Of a DNA stretch of 64,000 nucleotides, positions 50,635 through 60,654 are shown in pieces. The DNA comes from Paragordius varius (taxonomy: Eukaryota > Animalia > Nematomorpha). The notes under the pieces are model-generated. The model made no database searches, was not told the origin of the DNA, and worked only from the letters and a program-made list of their open reading frames with translations. Within the stretch, counting starts at the first letter, position 1; every line of letters begins with the position of its first letter. The position numbers and the translations under genes are program-made. The DNA lies in contig OZ176055.1 in assembly GCA_964247055.1 (NCBI GenBank), forward strand, positions 558,001 through 622,000, written 5' to 3'.

Positions 50635-53532
50635 CTAGCTGATCCAAATAATTCTCTACCTGAACATTTAAACCTAACCTCCCTCCTCCAAAAACTCACT
50701 GAAATCCAAGCTGATAACTGGGAAGAAGTAGATGGACTATTATTAGAACTTGATAATTTCTTCCATCCATTACAACAAGCAGCCAACCATTCTAAAACCT
50801 CAAAATCTCCCCAGCAAATCAACCTATCCCCCAAATACATTTAAAAAATATATCGTTTCAACAGGAGAAGAGCCATCCGGCTAATTACCCAAGGTCCACC
50901 CGCCTACTGCACGGCCCCGATTACCGAGATAGAACATCACTTTCAAACACTTTACAACAGTAACCTCTCAGCACCTCTCATTAATGATCCTGTTTCCCCA
51001 CCAATGATGCCAGAGATCACATTCAATTGCACGGAAGTTTCCGATAAACTTAAGAAAATGGAAAACACCTCAGCCGGGCCTGATGGTATCAGCTTCAGAG
51101 ACATGAAAAATAAAGATCCCAAAGCGATCATATTAACCAAACTTTTTAATTTATGTTTACTGCACAAAAAGATCCCTACCTCATGGAATCATTCAACCAC
51201 CATTTTAATCCACAAACATGGTGACAAAAACACATTAAAAAATTGGCGACCCATCGCCCTCACTAGTTGCCTTTATAGGCTATTCGCTGCACTTGTCGCC
51301 AATAAAATTAGTAAGCACCTCGTCTCAAATCAACTTCTAGCTCCCCGTCAAAAGGGCTTCCTCCCTTATGACGGGTGCTTTGAGCTGAATTATATAATAA
51401 AATCTAAACTTGATGCTTTTAAAGCAAAGAAACAACATGCAAATATCACCTGCATAGACATAGCCAATGCCTTCGATAAAATCCCACACCCGATCATTCT
51501 ACACAACCTGAAAAGGGTGGGTATATCGGAAGGCACGATCTCCCTCCTCGCAAATTCGTTATCAATGGCCACCACATCGATCCGCGCCGGTAATGAGTTT
51601 ACCGCTCCGGTCAAACTTGGCAGGGGCATCAAACAAGGATGCCCCCTCTCAGGTTTTCTTTTCATTATCGGATTGAATGAAATCATGAAGCGAGCCTCCA
51701 ATAAAGGGATTGAGCTGTATGCATATGCTGATGACATCATATGCATATCCCAAAATAAAATAGAGCATCAACTTAATATTGACTTCATAGTCAACGAACT
51801 CAAGCAAATTCTTCTAGATGTCAACCCGCTTAAATGCTCAAACATAAATGTCAACAGTGACTCCTTTTTCTTGATAAATGATATAAGGATTCCCAATTGT
51901 GGGGTTCATCAAACAATAAAATATCTGGGAAATCCAATAGGGTTATTCCCTACTATTCCCCTCCCAGATATTGAACTTGCGGATAAAATAGCGAAATCTA
52001 ATCTTGCTCCTTGGCAAAAATTAGATGCTATCAAAAGTTTTTATTACCCCACATTAACCTATTTCCTACGTCTAAATCAGTTCAACTACGCTACAAGCGA
52101 AAAATTAGACACGAAAATGATGAGCATACTGAAACCAATACTAGGGCTCCCAAAAGATGCTACAAACAACTATATCTTTGCATCCAGGAGTAAGGAAGCC
52201 TTAGGTATTCAGCAGCTAAAAAAACATATTCAGGATTGACGCTGCTTTCACACTAATTCATTCAAATGACCCCATGGTGAAAGAATACGCTCAGGATGAA
52301 CTTAAGGCAACAGTAAAAAAAAGATACAGACTTACCTCGTCTCCATCCAATGTCCAAATATGTAATTATCTCTCTGGCAAGGAAGAGGAGGCGAGTGGCC
52401 ATATCAACTACGCTAACGTATGGTCACTCGCTCGCAGGTCCTCAATCTCAGTGGGTGCGACCTGGGTCCCTCAAGGCGACTCTTCCTTCGCTATTCAATT
52501 TCATGAACGTCTAATTGTCCCAGACATGAAAAATTCCCTCGTCCACCTTTTCCGGAATGCAATAAGAAGTGAGAAGGACATCAATTTCCACCACCTTGCA
52601 AACCAAAGTAGGATAATGGAATGTGTCGCCTTGGATAAATCTTCACATTCCTTCTTATTCTCAGGCAAAAACCTGAGGTTTAAGGATTGAAGATTTATCC
52701 ATAGGGCTAGACTCAACCTTCTCCCTCTTAATAGCAAACCGGGAATGCAGGAATCGAATTGAATCCGGCTCCCATGTGATAAACCACTGCCTGTTAGACA
52801 CAGGTATTGTGACCGAGCGTCACAACAAAGTGGTTGATTACATTAAATCAGTACTCCCCAAAAAATTCTCGATTATATCCGAAAATCAAAAGGTTGATGA
52901 ATCGAACCTTCGTCCCGACCTAGTGATAACTGACAACACCAATTGCCACATTATAGACCCCACAATCCCTTATGTAAATAGATTATCATCTTTAGACGAT
53001 GCATTTAATACCAAGCTAACAAAGTACGATCACCTAATTTGTTCCCTCTCCGAAAAATATTCCAACGTTGAAATTATTCCAGTGGTGATAGGAGCTCCAG
53101 GCTCCTGGTACCCCCGAAATGACAAACTCTTCGATGCACTCGGTATAAAATACCCCAACCGTATCAAGCAATATCTCATCGCAGAGGTGCTCAAATCCTC
53201 CTGTGATATCTACCACCTATTCATCAGTGGTCGGAACATCCAACCGCCAAGTGTGACCCCCATAGTCAACCCCCCTATCGACCTGCCTCCTTGCTCAAGT
53301 CAAAATTAAATCTATCCAACTTTGCATTTCATCCCCATTGTTATTTATATTTTATTACTTATTATTTATTAAAACAATCAGCATTTATATTACTACAAAT
53401 ATGTGATGTTTTCTTTGCAATCTCCCATTCACGCGTTGTCTCCTTTAATATTTAATTTACACAATACCTTTGCATTTTCTTTTACAGCAATTGTTTATAA
53501 TATATTTAAAATACCTTTTTAATAAATTAAAA
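50635..53532 (+). mobile_element. U1b-inserted beta-type element, 5'-truncated, least decayed copy
   Basis: 411-aa RT ORF plus 138-aa and 177-aa downstream ORFs; the 3'UTR ends TTTTTAATAAATTAAAA before U1b nt 22. Confidence 0.95.
51004..52239 (+). CDS. Reverse transcriptase domain of the RLE non-LTR retrotransposon (411 aa open; frameshifted at about 52220)
   Basis: GPDG, NWRPIALTSCLYRLF, QKGF, DIANAFDKIPH, GIKQGCPLS, YADD and KYLG motifs. Confidence 0.92.
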   Translation: MMPEITFNCTEVSDKLKKMENTSAGPDGISFRDMKNKDPKAIILTKLFNLCLLHKKIPTSWNHSTTILIHKHGDKNTLKNWRPIALTSCLYRLFAALVANKISKHLVSNQLLAPRQKGFLPYDGCFELNYIIKSKLDAFKAKKQHANITCIDIANAFDKIPHPIILHNLKRVGISEGTISLLANSLSMATTSIRAGNEFTAPVKLGRGIKQGCPLSGFLFIIGLNEIMKRASNKGIELYAYADDIICISQNKIEHQLNIDFIVNELKQILLDVNPLKCSNINVNSDSFFLINDIRIPNCGVHQTIKYLGNPIGLFPTIPLPDIELADKIAKSNLAPWQKLDAIKSFYYPTLTYFLRLNQFNYATSEKLDTKMMSILKPILGLPKDATNNYIFASRSKEALGIQQLKKHIQD

Positions 53533-53675
53533 TTTCTCCGATCAAGAAGGGAGATATCCTAGTTAAATACTAACCATTGCACTTCGGTTTTGCTGATAGC
53601 TATAACTACTCCAAATTGGGGTACGTTAAGCGCATAATTTATGGGTGTTGGCGGTTTGCGTTCGCGCTTACCGCC
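53533..53675 (+). pseudogene. U1: U1b nt 22-164 after the insertion
   Basis: Nearly identical to 48275-48417. Confidence 0.95.
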
Positions 53676-53709
53676 TTATTATTTGTATGGTAAAATTTAG
53701 TTTTTTTTA

Positions 53710-55280
53710 AAAATTAATTTTTTCTTAAGCACGGATGTTGATTTTTGGGGAGAGTACTATGGAGTTTTTTATTCAGATGCTAGATATTCCGAACATTTAT
53801 GAAGAGGTGGTAGATATCGCTGGAAATTTTGAGCACTTCCACGATGAGTTCTTGTTTGATACGGTTGGGGTATTTTATACCGAGTACATCAAATTTTGTC
53901 ACCAAGGGACCATGAACCTAGAGCTCTTATCACCACTGGGATAATTTCAACTTAGAATATTTTGAGAGAAAGAGCAAACAAATGATCGTATTTTGTAAGC
54001 ATCTTCTGATGATACTCTATCATAAGGGATTGTGGGGTCGATAATATAACAATTAGTATTATCAGTTATTACTAGGTCGGGACGCAGGTTTGAGTCATCA
54101 ACCTTTTGATTTTCGGAGATGATCGAGAATTTTTTAGGTAGTATTGATTTAATGTAGTCAACCACTTTGTTGCGACGCTCGGTGACAATACCTGTGTCTA
54201 CCAGGCATTGATTTATCACATGAGATCCGGATTCGATCCGGTTCTTGCACCTTCTGCAAGATGTATCGTCAAACCTTCCCGGTTTGCTATGAGGAAGAAG
54301 GTTGAGTCTGGCCCTATGGATAAATCTCCAATCCTTAAACCTCAGGTTTTTGCCTGAGAATAAGAAGGAGTGTGAAGATTTATCCAAGGCGACACATTCC
54401 ATCCTACCTTGGTTTGCAAGGTGGTGGAAATTCAGGTCCTTCTCACCTCTTATTGCATTCCGGAAAAGATTGACGAGGGAATTTTTTATATCAGGAACTA
54501 TCAGTTTTTGATGGAACTGAATGGCAAAGGAAGAGTCACCCAGGGGGACCCAGGTCGCACCCAGTGAAATTGAGGACTTGCGAGCAAGTGACCATACATT
54601 AGCGTAATTGTGGCCACTCGCCTCCTCTTCCTTGCCGGAGAGATATTTGCATAATTGTTCATGAGATGGTGATGTGGTGAGTCTGCACCTTGTTTTAACT
54701 GTAGAATTGAGTTCGTCCTGGGCAAATTCTTTGACCATGGGGTCATTAGAGTGAAGCAGCTTGAAAGCAGCATCGATCCTAAAAATGTCGAAATTGATTT
54801 TAAGCTGCGAATACCTAGGGCTTCCTTACTCTTCGATGCAAAGATATAGTTGTTAGAAGCATCTTTTGGGAGCCCTAGTATTGGCTTCAGTATGCGCATC
54901 ATTTCCGTGTCTAATTTATCACTTGTGGCGTAATTGAACTGATTCAAACGGAGGTAGTATGTTAAAGTTGGATAATAAAAGCTTTTAATTGCATCTAATT
55001 TTTGCCATGGGGCAAAATTAGATTTGGCAATTTTATCTACTAGTTCAATATCTGGGAGGGGAATATTAGGGAATAACCCTATTGGATTTCCCAGATATTT
55101 TATGGTTTGGTGAGCCCCACAATTAGGGATCTTTATATTATTTATCGAAAATGAAGAATCGTTGTTGACATTAATATTAGAACATTTTCCTGGGTTGACA
55201 TCTAGTTGAATTTGCTTGAGTTCAATGACAATGAAGTCAATATTGTTTTGGCGATCAATATTATTGTGGGATATGCAGAT
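53710..55280 (-). mobile_element. Antisense element copy behind U1b
   Basis: 263-aa and 290-aa ORF fragments (KYLG, PWQKL, CRRC, RPDL); no 3'UTR. Confidence 0.92.
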
Positions 55281-57400
55281 AAAGGTTTCCTTTTGTACGA
55301 AGGGTGCTTTGAGCTCAACCATACTATAAAGTCCAAACTCGATCTCTTCAAAGAAAAGAGAAAGCATTCTCACGTCACTAGCCTTGACATCTCCAATGCA
55401 TTTGCCTTCACCAAATCCTAAACAACCTGTAAAGGGTAGTTGTATCGGATAGCCTAATATATCTCATCGCAAACTCCCTTTCAATGGCCAAAACATCTAT
55501 TCGCGCCGGTAATGAGATTTCTTCCCCGATCCTTGACAGGGGCATCAAACTAGGATGCCCTCTCTCAGGCTCTTATTTATAATCGGATTAAATGAAATCA
55601 TCAAGCGGACCTCCGATAAAGGGATTGATCTATATGCATATGCAGATTACATCATATGCTTATCCCATAATGAAAGTGAACACCAAACAACATCAACTTT
55701 ATTGTCAATGAATTAAATCAAATTCACCTGGATGTTAATCCTGAAAAATGCTCCAATATTTTGCCAACAATAATTACAAATTCTTGATAAATGATATAAA
55801 ATTCCTAATTGTAGGGTACGCCAAACCATATAATATCTATGAAATCCAATAGGGTTATTTCCTACTATTCCCCTCAGACATAGAAGTTGAGAAAATTGCC
55901 AAATCTTACCTTACCCCTGGCAAAAGTTAGAGGCAATCAAAAGTTTTTATTACCCAACCTTAACCTACTACTTACGTTTAAACCAATTTACTTCGCCACC
56001 AGCGACTAGACACAGAAATGATGCGTATATTAAAACCAATACTAAGGCTCCCAAAAGATGCTACTAACAAATACATCATTGAGGAGTAAGAGAGCTCTGG
56101 ATATTCAGCAGCTAAAAAGCGACCTCAACATTTTTAGGATCGATGCTGCTTTTAAACTGCTTCACTCAAATGACCCGATTGTCAAAAATTATGCACAAGA
56201 TGAGCTCAATTCAACAGTTAAAAAAGATATATCACCTCACCCCATCTCATGATTAAATATGCATATGCCTTTCCGGCAAGGAAGATGATGCGTGTGACCA
56301 CATATTTTGAGATGATCACTTGCTCGCAAATCTCACTTGCTTCGACCTGGGTCCCCCTAGGAGACTCTTTCGCCATTAACCGCTAAAGTCTAATAGTCCC
56401 GGATTTAAAAAATTCCCTGGTCCACCTGTTCCGGAATGCAATAAGAGGTGAGAAGATCTGTATTTCCATTACCTTGTAAACCAAGGGAGGAATGGAATGT
56501 GTCGCATAGATAAATTTCCCATTCCTTCTTTTTCTGAGGCGAAAACTTGAGGTTTAATTATTGGAGATTTCATAGAACTAGACTCAACCTTCTCCCTTTT
56601 AACTGCAAACCGGGAAGTCATCGATATCTCTTGCAGGAGGTGCAAGAATTTGATTGAATTAGGATTTCATGTAATAAATCACTGCTTGATAAACACAGGC
56701 ATTATTACTCAACGGCATAACAAATTAGTAAATTATATCAAATCCATATTGCCCAAAGAATTCTATGTTGTATCTGAAAATCAAAAAGTTAATGACTCAA
56801 ACTTACGACTTGATATATTAATAACTGATAACACTAACTGCTACATTACAGACCCCCCTATAAAAAATGAGTGTTTTTATATAACGCATTTAACATCAAG
56901 CTTACTAAATATGATCACCTGATCTGCTCCTTCTCTAAAAAATACCTTAATGAGTGTTAAGAGCCTTAGGCAAATGACAAACTTATTGACGCACTTAAAA
57001 TAAAACACCTCACCCGTTTCAAACAAAAGCTTATCGCGTAATTGCTCAAATATTCCTGTGACATATACCACCTGTTCATCAGTGGTCCGAAAACTCTATC
57101 TAATATTTCCGCAATTGCCTCCCCTGTCGACCAACCTCAGTGGCCAAGCTAAAATTAGTCCTATGCACAACTCCCATTCTCAACTTTTTTCTATCTTATT
57201 TTAAATATATTTTTATTCTTACAAATATTATAAATTCCTTATACCTTTATAGCCTTTTCTTATATTATCACAAATGGCATTTGTAGTAAAACAATAGATG
57301 TGCCTATTATTTCCATTTATCCATATTTATTCATCCCTTGACTCTTTTTTTTACAATTTCTATTGATATGTTCATATTATATTCTTTGATAAATTTTAAT
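55281..57400 (+). mobile_element. U1b-inserted gamma-type element, 5'-truncated and decayed
   Basis: KGFLLYEGCFEL to RLE remnants; the gamma 3'UTR ends GATAAATTTTAAT at U1b. Confidence 0.88.
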
Positions 57401-57539
57401 TATCTCTGACCAAGAAGGGAGATATATTAGTTAAAGGCTAACCATTGCACTTCGGGTTTGCTGATAGCTATAACTCCAAATTGGCGTAAGTAAAGCGCAT
57501 AATTTATGGGTGTTGGTAGTTTTCGTGCGCGCTTACCGA
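57401..57539 (+). pseudogene. U1: U1b 3' remnant from nt 22
   Basis: GACCAAGAAGGGAGATAT, CCATTGCACTTCGG and GCATAATTTATGG are present. Confidence 0.9.
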
Positions 57540-57579
57540 TTTATATCTACTAAGTTAAATTTACTTTTTTTAAAAGCCA

Positions 57580-57990
57580 ATTTAGTCTTGAGCACGTATG
57601 TTGGTTGTCGGGGGAGGCAATTACGGAAGTTTTAAATAGAGGTTAATCGTTCCGATCACTGATGAATAGGCGTAGATGTCACAAGAAAATTTTAGCACTT
57701 CCGCACTGAGTTTTTGTTTGATACGGTTGAAGTATAATATTCCTAATGCATCGAAAAGTTTATCATTTGGGTGTACCATGAGCCTAGCACCTATTACTAC
57801 AGGGATAATTTCAACGTTAGAGTATTCACCTGAAAGTAAGCAGACGGTCATGCTTTGTAAGTTTGGTAGTATAGACATCATCTATGGATGAGATTCTGTT
57901 TTTGCAAGGAATCGTAGATTCGATGATGTCGCAATTGCTATTATCGGTAATTACCAAGTCCATCTTAATTTTGAGTTATCAACCTTTCTA
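57580..57990 (-). mobile_element. Short antisense RLE remnant behind U1b
   Basis: ORF 57621-57881 (YSNVEIIPVVIGA...AEVLKFSCDIY). Confidence 0.85.
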
Positions 57991-57999
57991 TGATCGGAC

Positions 58000-58830
58000 G
58001 ATCGCTCTGAGAAAAATAGACATAGGTGTGATATTTTGTTTTTTAATAGATGCTGCATTTAATCTACTTTATTCATATTAACAAATAGCCATAAATCGCG
58101 TTAGGAGCTAAATAATACAATTATAAATTGAAGCTTCTCCTTCGATCATGACCAATGATGATACGGCTTATGGAGGAGGTACCAAGGGCCATTTTAATTA
58201 TTCTAGTGTTTTGTTTGCTTTTATCCTTGTAACATGCAAATTTTGAAAAACACTCAAATCATCAAATTATGTTGAAAACTTATAGCATAGTAATTTAATC
58301 TTTTTATGATATAATGCGCAAAGGCTATAACATTCATCACCTTGCGAACCAAAGGAGAGTGATGGATGCTATAGATAATCCTTCCAAACCTCTGTGTTTT
58401 TCTAAAGCAAAGAATGTCTCACTCAATTTCAAGATATATACGTTGCATAATGGTAGGCATTTGATTGCAGTCTGACATATCCGATTTGAAAAGGGACATA
58501 ATTATTTACATTTTTTGTGTAACCTATATTCAAATTGGCGAGTCAACCCCCCGCCCCCTTTATATCTTGTTACATCTTTATGTCTGCCTTCGGTAAAGGC
58601 ATATTCAGCCGATCCGGTTAATGAAGAAAAAATTTATTAAAGACTATTATCCAATTTATAATTATATTGATCTTAGTTAAACCAATAATAACAGGGTTTT
58701 ATGAATTATTCAGCTTATTTTGATCATAGTTAAACCAATAATAACAATGGTTTACTGACACCTTAAATTTTAGGACCTTCACAAAATTAAATTTTTTTAT
58801 TTACTCTATCGTTTTGACTAAAATGGGCAA
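58000..58830. repeat. Direct duplicate of about 63205-64000; contains a possible APE-LINE remnant on the minus strand
   Basis: Colinear similarity (e.g. aatagatgctgc...aatctactttattcata in both); 5.2-kb offset. Confidence 0.75.
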
Positions 58831-59810
58831 CATAGTCCACCGCCAACTCCATAATCGATTTTTTTGAATTACGAAAAAGGGTGGCCCCAATTTAATTTAT
58901 GCTTTATGATATTAAATATATTTTGATTATAAAATTAGTTTTGAGAAAATAATGTCATATTTTAATACTTCAATGCGCCTATTAAGATCGACAGAAAAAA
59001 ATGGTTAAATTTGGATATTATATATTTATCTGATGCACTTATGTCATGAAAATTTGGATGAATCGTTTTTTATATTTTAGTGCGTTAATTATATACATAC
59101 CTTTATCAGGAGTTTCCACCACAAATGGCTTCTCGGGCGGCTGAGCATTAAAATTTTATTAGCTTTTAAACATATGACTTCTAAATTTGCTACATTTGCA
59201 AACGTCGGAAAGATTTTTTCAGAAAATTTATATTAGAAATTTATTTATATTTCGTTAAATTTTGCATTTTAAATTTCTTGCTGGCTACAACAATTTTATG
59301 GACAGCCCCATGCGGCACGCGAGCCGCGTTTGGCCGCCCCTGCCTTATATATTTTATAAAATATTTGTTTAAAATCGGGCCAATGTTGTAACTCCTCCTT
59401 TTAAATCGAAAGTATAATTTATTTTAATTTAAAACGATTTTTACATTAGAATTCAAAACATAAAATGACACTTGTCAACGCACCCTATTATATAAAATTT
59501 ATTAATAAAACCATTAAAATTTTTATTCCTTCAATTTTATATAATTTATAAAATTTTACGAATTATTATGTTTACATAGCTGCTTTTCCTCTTAATCTTG
59601 ATTTTAAAATATTATGCACGGCAGGTGGTGTTCAGTATAGAGGAAAAGGGACTTTTTCATTTTTAGATAATAATTTAATACAAGTGTTTGGATTTTTTAA
59701 ATCCATTCAAAAAAAAGCTCAATCATATATTTATTGTATTTTCGATCAATACTTTAATTTGTCATCTAAAAACAGCATGTCGACAATTGTATAAATACTC
59801 AATAATTTTT

Positions 59811-59817
59811 TATATAA
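59811..59817 (+). promoter_or_regulatory. TATA box of peptide gene copy 2
   Basis: TATATAA 28 nt before an Inr-like TCATT (59839). Confidence 0.55.
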
Positions 59818-59936
59818 CCATTATAAATTTTTTCCTTATCATTTTTTTGCTCATCCTTAATTATTAACGAATACCAGGTAAATTTCAATAATTAATTTAA
59901 TTTTATTTTATGATTTTTAGAAAGAACTGCAACATC

Positions 59937-60201
59937 ATGAAACTATTACATGTTTTATCAGTGATTTCGGTCCTAATTTTGGGTATATTTTATTTTAAAC
60001 AAAAAAACACACTAATATTACTTAAAAGTATTTTTGATGATTTTATCAGTTGTCTATTTTTTTCCTATTTCGAAATAATTGTGTAATTTTTAAGGCTACA
60101 TGTCTGTGACCGCGGAAGATAGAATTCCGGTTGAAGAGCCCATTGCAGTTCGAAAACATTACCAAGGAACTGGTTACCGTGATATCTCTAGACACAAATA
60201 A
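59937..60201 (+). CDS. Small secreted peptide, 50 aa, spliced (coding exons 59937-59982 and 60095-60201): MKLLHVLSVISVLILGYMSVTAEDRIPVEEPIAVRKHYQGTGYRDISRHK
   Basis: GT-AG phase-1 intron 59983-60094, 5'UTR intron 59878-59920 (CAG|GTAAAT...TTTTTAG) and AATAAA at 60300. The frame and the stop position are conserved with copy 1. Confidence 0.75.
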
Positions 60202-60654
60202 ACCACAAAAGTGTTACTGTTTTAGGCCTAGTCTATACTTTATTTTTCACAATTAAACACCAATATTTTCTGTTAAACTCACTAATTAATGTTGTTATAA
60301 ATAAATGATTAGTTTAGTTAGATACATTATATAATGATGTATGATGATAGAGAATATTAATCGGTGGAGATATATTATGGCGAACGTCTCTAAATTACTT
60401 ATTAATATACCGTTAACAAAAGATTATCAATAAAGTGTAGTGCATTCAAGCTATATTCAGTCTGTATGGAAAAATTTGGAGATTGGAATCACAGTCTGGG
60501 TTCTTATAATGTGAATGGTTCCATAAATTGATTATCTATATAAACTTATTCCTGTAAAATATATTATAACATGGAATATTAATATAATTAGAAAATTACA
60601 GTAAAAATCAAAATTATAGAGACATAAAATCATATATTTTTTTACATATTCGCG

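Noticed and set aside
50835-50850. RIP-like or deaminase hypermutation (several CAA to TAA changes)
   Set aside because: There are too few cases, long ORFs remain open, and C-to-T drift is expected in an AT-rich genome. A context count would be needed to say more.
8890-57891. Many 60-120 aa ORFs in the track (e.g. 14897-15106, 20550-20915, 50024-50380, 51390-51746)
   Set aside because: They are antisense or off-frame shadows of the RT sequence and recur only because the element is repeated.
60145-60190. VRKHYxGT resembles the thioester-protein/alpha-2-macroglobulin motif VRKxFPETW
   Set aside because: The WLW part is absent, and the exon follows a signal exon and ends in a conserved stop, which fits a short stand-alone peptide.
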